Source: Anaerolineae bacterium (lineage in GTDB: Bacteria; Chloroflexota; Anaerolineae; UBA7937; B3-Chlor). Taken from it: a DNA stretch of 33,014 nt. Shown here piece by piece: positions 1 to 7,115 of the stretch (position 1 is its first letter; each line of letters opens with the position of its first letter). The notes below the pieces were generated by a model. That model was not told where the DNA came from. It searched no databases and was given only the letters and a program-made list of their open reading frames with translations. The position numbers and the translations under genes were made by a program. The DNA is taken from contig JBFFDV010000001.1 of the NCBI GenBank assembly GCA_041559215.1, positions 1-33,014 of the forward strand. The letters run 5' to 3'.

Positions 1-177
1 AGTTCCAGACAGATGACCGAGAATCCGGACGCCATCCCTGAGTATCAGTCATCAGGAACTCGAAAGGGATCTCATGCAAGGGCGCTGGCATGTTTCCGCG
101 GAGCTTAGGACGCGTTTCTCAACACCCTCTCCACACGGCTCTTTCCACAATTAATAACAGTAAAACTGTTGCAAAGG
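1..177 (+). repeat. Dispersed repeat family B, copy 1 (starts at window edge, may be truncated)
   Basis: Hand alignment: bases 1-129 match the reverse complement of 4779-4907. The first ~53 nt are almost identical and the 24-nt block ttccgcggagcttaggacgcgttt is identical; overall identity is about four fifths. A shared tgttgcaaagg at 167-177 and 4738-4748 suggests the unit may extend to about 175 nt. Confidence 0.8.
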
Positions 178-324
178 TTCAAAACCCGTACAGACTCTTG
201 GTGAACCCATACGCTACGGAGGCATCAAGAATCCAGCCACAACGGTAGGAGCACGACACGCTGTGTCCCTACTTTCACCTCACTTGAGACTTTACAGACA
301 CCCACAAGCGGCTGTGCTACGGAA

Positions 325-364
325 GAGAAACAAAAAGAGGCGGGACATCCCCTCGCCCGCCTCT
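325..364 (-). terminator. Rho-independent terminator downstream of the permease gene
   Basis: On the minus strand: AGAGGCGGG, an 11-nt loop, CCCGCCTCT, then TTTTTGTTTCTCTT. It lies about 55 nt after the stop at 419. Confidence 0.8.
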
Positions 365-418
365 TCAGCTTGTTTCTCTATCTCAGCGTCTCAGCCAGAT
401 TCAACAATAGTCCATTCT

Positions 419-1393
419 CTATCGCCGCTGACGAGCCAGCTTCGGATCCAGGATGTCCCGGAAGGCATCGCCAATCAGGTTCCAACCCAACACAAAGAGC
501 AGTATCGCCACCCCGGGATAGACGATGATATACCAGTAATCAAACAACCTCGGCATCCAGTTCCTGGCAAAACTGATCAACTGACCCCAGTCCGCATACC
601 CTGGCTCCGCTCCCAATCCCAGGAAGCTCAGCGCCGCAAAGCTCAATACATACGAGCCGATGTCCATCGAGGCCACCACCAACGTCGGGAAGATCGAGTT
701 CGGTATCACATGCCTCGTCATGATCCGAAAATGACTCGCCCCCAACGTCCGTGCCGCCATCACAAAGTCCCTCTCCCTCACCGACAGGATGTCTCCCCTC
801 AACAACCTCGCATACGTCGTCCACCCAAAAGCGATCAGGGCGATCATCCCCGTCGTAATCCGGTCAAACCTGGGACTCGTACCCAATACCGCTGCCAAGG
901 TGATGGCCGCCAGCAGGAAGGGGAAGCCCATGAATATCTCCACCACCCTCATCAGTGCCTCATCCACCCAACCGCCGAAGTACCCAGATGCCGTCCCCAC
1001 TGCCAGACCGATGGCGATCGTCGCCAGCGTAATCACCACTCCCACCCGAAACGCCGTCCTGGTACCCCATATCACCCCGTAGTAGATGTCATATTGCCCT
1101 TCCGTCGTCCCAAAAATGTGCTCCGCAGTCGGCGGTTTAGGCTCGGCGAAATACCCGTCTCGAGGTATCCGGTACGGCTCGTCCGGCCTCTCAGGCGGCG
1201 CCAACAGCGGTGCAAGAATCGCTATCAATGTGAACACTATTACCAAGATGATACCCGACATCGATACTGGGTTCTTGAACAGCCTCTGGAAAACCTTAGG
1301 TGGATGCCGCACATTCTGCAGCAGGCGCCGCAGTGCCCCAGCTTCTCCACCTTCCTCCCTCAAGGCCCGTTCCGCCTCTTCAAAAGTCGTCAT
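419..1393 (-). CDS. ABC transporter permease, OppC/DppC-like (peptide/nickel family)
   Basis: 324-aa ORF with about 6 TM segments. It has an OppC_N-type N-terminus (ILAPLLAPP...PY) and the BPD_transp_1 EAA-like region (AARTLGASHFRIMTRHVIPN). It sits 21 nt downstream of the OppB-like gene. Confidence 0.9.
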   Translation of the reverse strand: MTTFEEAERALREEGGEAGALRRLLQNVRHPPKVFQRLFKNPVSMSGIILVIVFTLIAILAPLLAPPERPDEPYRIPRDGYFAEPKPPTAEHIFGTTEGQYDIYYGVIWGTRTAFRVGVVITLATIAIGLAVGTASGYFGGWVDEALMRVVEIFMGFPFLLAAITLAAVLGTSPRFDRITTGMIALIAFGWTTYARLLRGDILSVRERDFVMAARTLGASHFRIMTRHVIPNSIFPTLVVASMDIGSYVLSFAALSFLGLGAEPGYADWGQLISFARNWMPRLFDYWYIIVYPGVAILLFVLGWNLIGDAFRDILDPKLARQRR

Positions 1394-1414
1394 TGCCCTC
1401 TCGCTCTCCCTTGC

Positions 1415-2443
1415 CTATTCCAGCCGCACTCGAGGATCCAGATAGGCATACATCACATCCACCACCAGATTACCACACACTACAAGTACTCCATAGAACA
1501 TCGTGAAACCCAACACCGAAATCACATCCAAATTCCCAGCCGCATTCGCTACCCACCACCCCAACCCCCGATAGTTGAACACCGTCTCCGTGATCACCAC
1601 CCCACTCGCCATCCAGATCATCAGCAGGCCACCCACCGTCGCCACCGGGATCAACGCATTCCGCTTCGCATGCTTGTCTATCACAACCCTCTCTCTCAGC
1701 CCTTTGGCCCTCGCCGTCGTCACATAGTCCGCCCTCAACACCTCCAGCATCGACGACCTCGTCACCCTCACGATAAGCGCCCACTGCACATACGACAGCG
1801 TGATCACCGGCAAGATCAAATGGCGCAGCGCATCCCAGAAAATGTCCAACCTCAAGTTCAACAACGCATCCAAGGTGTTCATCCCCGTGTATCGGTGAAA
1901 CTCCGGCGACAGGACAACCTGGCTCGCCCAGTCCGACAACCGACCAGCCGGGAACCATTGCAGCTTGGCATAGAATATCATCAATACCAACAACCCGAAC
2001 ACAAAAGTCGGAAATGACCAACCGATAATGGAAAACACCCGTGTGATCTGGTCTATCAGCTTGTTGTGATGCAAAGCCGATATCACGCCAAGCTGGATCC
2101 CTATCCAGATCAACGGCCCCGCAGACCACAACGCCAATTCGAAGGACGCCGGTATAAACCTCTTGATCGTGTCCAGCACCGGCGCCTTACCCGTCTTCGA
2201 AAAGCCAAGATCTCCTCGTAATACCCCTCTCAACCAGCGAAAGTACTGCACGTAGATCGGGTCGTCCAGACCATACTTCTCGATGATCTCGTCTATCTCC
2301 CCTGCTCCCTTGGGTATCGATTGCACGTATAAACTGGCGCGCTGCCCTGGGTCCAGAAAGGACATCATGGCGAAGATCAGTATCGTCACCCCGAAGAGGA
2401 TGATCGGCAATATCAGCATTCTGCGGATGATGTATGCTAACAT
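1415..2443 (-). CDS. ABC transporter permease, OppB/DppB-like
   Basis: 342-aa ORF with the classic N-terminus MLAYIIRRMLILPIILFGVTILIF and C-terminus AYLDPRVRLE. It also carries the motif YVTTARAKGL. Confidence 0.9.
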   Translation of the reverse strand: MLAYIIRRMLILPIILFGVTILIFAMMSFLDPGQRASLYVQSIPKGAGEIDEIIEKYGLDDPIYVQYFRWLRGVLRGDLGFSKTGKAPVLDTIKRFIPASFELALWSAGPLIWIGIQLGVISALHHNKLIDQITRVFSIIGWSFPTFVFGLLVLMIFYAKLQWFPAGRLSDWASQVVLSPEFHRYTGMNTLDALLNLRLDIFWDALRHLILPVITLSYVQWALIVRVTRSSMLEVLRADYVTTARAKGLRERVVIDKHAKRNALIPVATVGGLLMIWMASGVVITETVFNYRGLGWWVANAAGNLDVISVLGFTMFYGVLVVCGNLVVDVMYAYLDPRVRLE

Positions 2444-2633
2444 CTCTACCTAGTTCCTTCCTTAACTATATTCAAGTACAGCAAAACATGGGATCAAGAG
2501 GTTTACCTGAACCTCAAATTTGCCCCCGGGGATGGAAACGCCTTGTGAAAGGCCAACCAATACGAGCGAGGCCCAAGAAACCAAGTCAGAAAACGGACTA
2601 CCTGGATCGCCTGTCCCTCGCCAGATAAGATTG

Positions 2634-2665
2634 GGGCAAGGACCGGGATACCCCGGCCCTTGCCC
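2634..2665 (-). promoter_or_regulatory. GC-rich intercistronic stem-loop after the SBP gene
   Basis: GGGCAAGG/CCTTGCCC outer stem and CCGGG/CCCGG inner stem, located 27 nt after the SBP stop codon. No clean T-tract follows. This position is typical for a processing or partial-termination hairpin that raises the SBP:permease ratio. Confidence 0.5.
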
Positions 2666-2691
2666 GAGTGCTCCCTCAAAGGGCGCTCAAC

Positions 2692-4656
2692 TTAGAAGCC
2701 CTTGGAGAAACGATAGGCCCAGATGGGCGACGGATAGGCCGCGTTGAAGTAGTAACCTTGCACCCACATTTGGAAGTAGTGGCGGATCGACGGCTGCACC
2801 ATGAAGATATCGATCACATCCTCAACCGCCATGGCCTGGAGTCCCTGATAGCAAGCCTCGGCCTCCTCGAGAGGTGTGGCCAGGCACTCCGCGATCCCCG
2901 CATCGTACTTGTCGTACAACTCCTGCGGGAAGTACTGCCACGCTGAGAAGGTGCCAGCGCTGTGCATGTACGGGAACACCCAGTTGTGCGGGTGGTGATA
3001 GTCCTCGTGCCAGCCGATGATGAACAGCGGCAGGCGGCCGCCAACCATCAGGTCCAGATAGGTCGGCCAGGGCACGTCTAGCACGCCAATCGAGCAGTTC
3101 CCACAGACGCCCTCGATACCGGCCTCGATGATCTCGGCCGCGGTGCGCCTCTGATCGTTGCCAGCGTTGTAGGTGATGACGAAGAAGAACCCGTTCTCCC
3201 ACACCTGGCCGTCCCACGCCAGCTTCAACTCCTCCTCGCACTTGGCCAGATCATACTCCCAGTACCCGACCAGATCCGGGTCGTAACCGACCATGGGCGT
3301 GATGATAGGGCCACCGCGCTGGAGAGCCTCGCCCAAATATGCTTCGGTGATGTAGGTCTGGATGTCGAAGCAGTAGTTGAAGGCCTTCCGCAAATGCTCG
3401 TCCTGGAAGAAGTCGGGCGGGATGCCCTGGCCATCGAGCTCACCGCTGCCGATGTAGTCGTTGCCGCCCTCCGTCTGGACGCCGAAGTTGAAGAAGACGT
3501 CGGCCGTACCTACGCTCCCCAGGTTGACGAAGGAGCGGGCGGTGCCACCCTCATTGAGGATCGTCATCTTGCTCGGATCCGATTCGTCAATGGCGTCCCA
3601 CTGCTCCTGGACCAGCTCGTCAGCCTGAGTCGAGTACTGCCTGGGGACGTCGACTTGGTCGCAGTCACCAGCCTCAAAGGCGGCATACCTGGTACCCCAC
3701 TCATCCATAAACCTCCACACGACGCGCTCGATTGCGGCAGGGCCGGAAGGTCCGCCCTCCCACAGTGGCTCGGTCAGCCAGTAGTCGTCGTTCCGCACGA
3801 GCACTAGCTCCTCACCTGGCGTCCAGTGGTCGAACTTGAAGGGGCCGGTGCCATTCATGGCGCTGTACAGCTCGCTCTCCACGTCCTGGGGATCGTTATA
3901 ATCCCGCCACGTGGCGCAGTCGCCATCCCAGCCGCCCATTTCCTCGACCCAAGACTTGTCCATGGCCACGCCCCAACCACTGGCCACGATGTCCATCATC
4001 GGGGCGAAGGCCACCGGCAGGTTGAAGGTAACCGTCATCGCGTCGTTGTCGAACTCGACCGAGCTCTTCACGAACTCACAGGCCGCCTCATCCCCCATCT
4101 CGTCGGCGATATCATTGATGGCGTAGTAGCCGGTAAAGGGCTCCAACACTACCCATGACGGACCACCAGCGCGGTCCTGGATCATCGTCCGCCAGAAGGA
4201 ATAGGCTATGTCCTCGGGCGTCATATCCCCGCCCTCATGGAACTTGATCCCCTCGCGGATCTTGAAGACCCAGGTCGTCCCGTCCTCTGAGATCTCGGGC
4301 ATCTCTTCGGCGAGGAGGGGGACGTACGTATCGAAGCGATCCCGCTCCCACCACACCAAGGTCTCATAGACGTTGTAGATGATCTCGTAGCTCGCCGTGT
4401 CATACTCGTAGCTGGGGTCCAGCGAGTCCGGTTCCCCGATGGTACAACTTATGAACGCATCAGGGTTCTTGACCTCTGCCGGCGGAGGTGGCGGGGGTGG
4501 CGGTGTCGTTGGTTCCGGCGCCGGCGTCTCCCCTGGAGCAGGGGTCTCAGCTGGCGGCGGGGGTGGCGGTGGCGCAGGCGTCCCACAGGCTCCCAGCACC
4601 AGAGCCACCACTACTAGCATATTGGCGATGAGCAGCCATCGCGCTTTACTAAGCAT
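2692..4656 (-). CDS. ABC transporter substrate-binding lipoprotein, family 5 (peptide/nickel)
   Basis: Start moved to MLSKARW (ATG at 4654-4656), which is preceded by GAAGGAGGAAAACA. Signal peptide plus lipobox LGAC, then a Pro-rich tether of about 45 aa. SBP_bac_5-like body (DPSYEYDTASYEIIYNVYETLV...). Confidence 0.9.
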   Translation of the reverse strand: MLSKARWLLIANMLVVVALVLGACGTPAPPPPPPPAETPAPGETPAPEPTTPPPPPPPPAEVKNPDAFISCTIGEPDSLDPSYEYDTASYEIIYNVYETLVWWERDRFDTYVPLLAEEMPEISEDGTTWVFKIREGIKFHEGGDMTPEDIAYSFWRTMIQDRAGGPSWVVLEPFTGYYAINDIADEMGDEAACEFVKSSVEFDNDAMTVTFNLPVAFAPMMDIVASGWGVAMDKSWVEEMGGWDGDCATWRDYNDPQDVESELYSAMNGTGPFKFDHWTPGEELVLVRNDDYWLTEPLWEGGPSGPAAIERVVWRFMDEWGTRYAAFEAGDCDQVDVPRQYSTQADELVQEQWDAIDESDPSKMTILNEGGTARSFVNLGSVGTADVFFNFGVQTEGGNDYIGSGELDGQGIPPDFFQDEHLRKAFNYCFDIQTYITEAYLGEALQRGGPIITPMVGYDPDLVGYWEYDLAKCEEELKLAWDGQVWENGFFFVITYNAGNDQRRTAAEIIEAGIEGVCGNCSIGVLDVPWPTYLDLMVGGRLPLFIIGWHEDYHHPHNWVFPYMHSAGTFSAWQYFPQELYDKYDAGIAECLATPLEEAEACYQGLQAMAVEDVIDIFMVQPSIRHYFQMWVQGYYFNAAYPSPIWAYRFSKGF

Positions 4657-4737
4657 TGTTTTCCTCCTTCTACTATTATCGTTTTTTTCGTCCAAAATTC
4701 TGATACCATGCCACGGTGTCAAGGCCTTTCCTCACCT

Positions 4738-4907
4738 CCTTTGCAACATGATTCGCGAACGAGAAAACGCGGTTCTCGGAGGGTGTCAAAAAACGCGTCC
4801 TAAGCTCCGCGGAAGAATAACAGCACCCCTGCATAGGGTCCTGCTCGAGTCCGAGATGACTGATTCTCAAGGATGGCGTCCGGATTCTCGGTCATCTGTG
4901 TGGAACT
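4738..4907 (-). repeat. Dispersed repeat family B, copy 2 (inverted relative to copy 1)
   Basis: The reverse complement of 4779-4907 aligns with 1-129. It lies upstream of the SBP gene start. Confidence 0.8.
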
Positions 4908-5214
4908 CACCGCTTTGAGACTGCTGGGCGTTCTCCACACCCTCCCAATGCTCGCCAAGTATAACACAGTATTCGACAGATGTCAAGTTGTGATTCTTCC
5001 GCCCTTACGGGCTCGTTCTGACGCTGACCTCCACGAGTTGTTCATACTGGGGAGCAGCTCATACCCCAGTGTAGGATACCGTAGCAGGAAAGACCTGGGT
5101 TCACGCCAGGCCAATCAGGGAATTGGCCCGTGAAACGTACCCTCCCTATACATATATAACAACAAAATCACAGAAAAGGTTCACCCACACCCGACAAGAG
5201 TTCAGACCGGCGGG

Positions 5215-7068
5215 TTATCCCATGGGCGCCAAGCCGGGCCCATAGACTACCATCGTCAAGAAGGCGTCTGTCAGAATGAAAGCCAGCGATGCTGTCAACA
5301 AACTACGGGTCTGAACCCGTAGTAGAGCATAAATCACGGCTGACGCACCCACCACCGCTATGCACACAGGGACTAGCAGCTGCAGGGGCACATAGAGCTG
5401 TGCGGGCAGAAAAGGCACCGATACAGAGAATGGAACGTAATCGAAGACTGAAGGCATGAAATAGAACCTGCTAAGCTGATAGATCAGCAAACCGATACCC
5501 AAAGCCACATATCCCCTGCGACTTCGCACCCCGCCCTCGCCCAGGAAGAAACCAGAGATGAAGACCCAAATCAAGGCCGGGACTATCCAAAGCACAATGA
5601 AGGGGAGCATAGCCACACCCACTGCCGCACTGAAAGCGGTGTTCAACACAGCGACCATGAGATCGCCAAATGTTATGTGGTCCACGCGCGCTCGCACCGA
5701 AGGAGCAGTGCTGGCATAGTATACCTCGCTCGGACCTGGCTCCAGTCCATCGACCCAGCTCAGATGGAGGTTGCCGCTGGAATCGCTGCTCAGGTTGGAC
5801 AGCCTGGACCAGTGCGAGGTGTTGCACGCCAGTTGGTACCCCACAAGCTTTCCGTCGGCAAAGATTATATTTATGATCTGGCTTTCCCTTCTGACCCCAT
5901 GCGCCACGATCATGCCGCAGGTGACCATACCCTCCTCCACAGACGCCAGGGCTGAAGGCTCGGCGATGTATTCGCTCCCCAACTCAACCTCGCCGTCAGA
6001 GGGGACCAAATATTCATAACTATGGATCGACTCATACTCCACATAGGAGGGCTTCTCCTCCACGGGAAAAGCAAAAGCCCTGGCGTGCACAGGGGACGGC
6101 GAACCGAGCGCAAAACTTCCATACCAACCTTCCAGAACGGTTGCTGCGAGCCTTGAGGCCCGGTACTCCTGAGTCCACACCAGATAGCCGTATTCATCAT
6201 CCATGGCCAGGACCGGACCATCGCGGCTAAAACGCACACCTGTTGGCAAATCCAGGAGCTTGACCCCCGTGAGAGTCTCGGCTGGTTCACCGGTAAGAAC
6301 TGCATGGTACAGATCAGCCCTTTCCTCGCTCTCGCCAGGCTCCTCCCAAAGAAGATGAAGCCTGTCGTCTCGGTCGCCCCTAGCCACTGGATGGGACACG
6401 CCGGTTGCCAGAAGTCGGGAGGGAGCAAAAGATACAGCGCCCGGAGATAGAGTCGAGTAGAAGAGTCTACTATCTGCTCCCCTCCCCTCAGTCCAAAAAA
6501 GATGGATCATCCCTCCAGAGTCGGCCGTCATAGCATACTCACCGCAGGGGCTATCCCCTGATGACACAAGGGTTGGCGCCGCCTCTAGCCGGCCATCGCC
6601 ATTAAGTGCTAGGTGAAACAGGCTCGAGGGCTCCCCTCTTGCCGGCAAAGCTAGAAGGAAAATGTGGAGGAACTCATCGCTATCCAGAAGAACGCTTACT
6701 TTCCTTGGTTCATAGAGACCGAGGTTCAAATCGTGCTCCTCCTCCAAGAGGCCTCGGTCATCAACACGGACATAGTGGAGGTCGTAATCCTCAGCCGTGC
6801 GGCGCAAAGCCCAGACAAGATGAACCAACCCCCGCCCGTCAACAACCAGGGGGGCTCCACTATCAGTGCCATAGAAGCCATTCCCGATAGGTATGCCACG
6901 ACTCCAATCGGGCGCAGCTTTCAGGCCCAGACCGCCTCCTAGATCGATGGGGCCAATCAGAGCACAGGCCACCAGCGGACCTAGCCCCAGAATCGCCAGT
7001 ATGATCCAGGGCAACCACCTCCTGAAAACTGACCTCTTGTCGCCGCTACTCGAATTCCCTCTTGCCAT
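5215..7068 (-). CDS. Uncharacterised membrane protein: N-terminal TM anchor, about 430-aa repeat (beta-propeller-like) ectodomain, C-terminal 4-5 TM bundle
   Basis: Long ORF on the same strand, 35-47 nt downstream of the transglutaminase-like gene. ATG at 7068 is preceded by GGTGGGTGAG; the ORF track starts at GTG 7080. Recurrent motif hHLxW (VHLVW, IHLFW, LHLLW, YLVW, LHLSW), each followed about 12-20 aa later by an aromatic strand (e.g. LHYVRV, LFYSTL, LYHAVL, VYYAST). No family recognised. Confidence 0.75.
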   Translation of the reverse strand: MARGNSSSGDKRSVFRRWLPWIILAILGLGPLVACALIGPIDLGGGLGLKAAPDWSRGIPIGNGFYGTDSGAPLVVDGRGLVHLVWALRRTAEDYDLHYVRVDDRGLLEEEHDLNLGLYEPRKVSVLLDSDEFLHIFLLALPARGEPSSLFHLALNGDGRLEAAPTLVSSGDSPCGEYAMTADSGGMIHLFWTEGRGADSRLFYSTLSPGAVSFAPSRLLATGVSHPVARGDRDDRLHLLWEEPGESEERADLYHAVLTGEPAETLTGVKLLDLPTGVRFSRDGPVLAMDDEYGYLVWTQEYRASRLAATVLEGWYGSFALGSPSPVHARAFAFPVEEKPSYVEYESIHSYEYLVPSDGEVELGSEYIAEPSALASVEEGMVTCGMIVAHGVRRESQIINIIFADGKLVGYQLACNTSHWSRLSNLSSDSSGNLHLSWVDGLEPGPSEVYYASTAPSVRARVDHITFGDLMVAVLNTAFSAAVGVAMLPFIVLWIVPALIWVFISGFFLGEGGVRSRRGYVALGIGLLIYQLSRFYFMPSVFDYVPFSVSVPFLPAQLYVPLQLLVPVCIAVVGASAVIYALLRVQTRSLLTASLAFILTDAFLTMVVYGPGLAPMG

Positions 7069-7115
7069 CTTCTCACCCACCGCAGCCTAGACTCGAAGGC
7101 GCGAACCCAAACTGA

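Noticed and set aside
263-2017. 584-aa plus-strand ORF, the longest on that strand in the region
   Set aside because: It is entirely antisense to two well-supported permease genes. Its translation is low-complexity and R/H/P/Q-rich with no motifs. This is a typical shadow ORF in GC-rich DNA.
4690-4730. Promoter for the SBP operon (TTGACA at 4717-4722, minus strand)
   Set aside because: No convincing -10 hexamer at 16-18 nt spacing (only AATTTT or TATCAG-like). It was not listed as a feature.
4439-4918. 159-aa plus-strand ORF with a poly-Gly run, and the tandem ggtggcgg-type repeats at 4490-4580
   Set aside because: The repeats are the antisense of the Pro-rich tether coding region of the SBP. 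They are not a CRISPR array or satellite, because there is no spacer/repeat periodicity.
5094-5128. tRNA-like T-arm (CCTGG-gttcacg-CCAGG)
   Set aside because: No matching acceptor stem, D-arm or anticodon arm could be built from the upstream ~60 nt, and the loop lacks the TTC-purine-A pattern in register.
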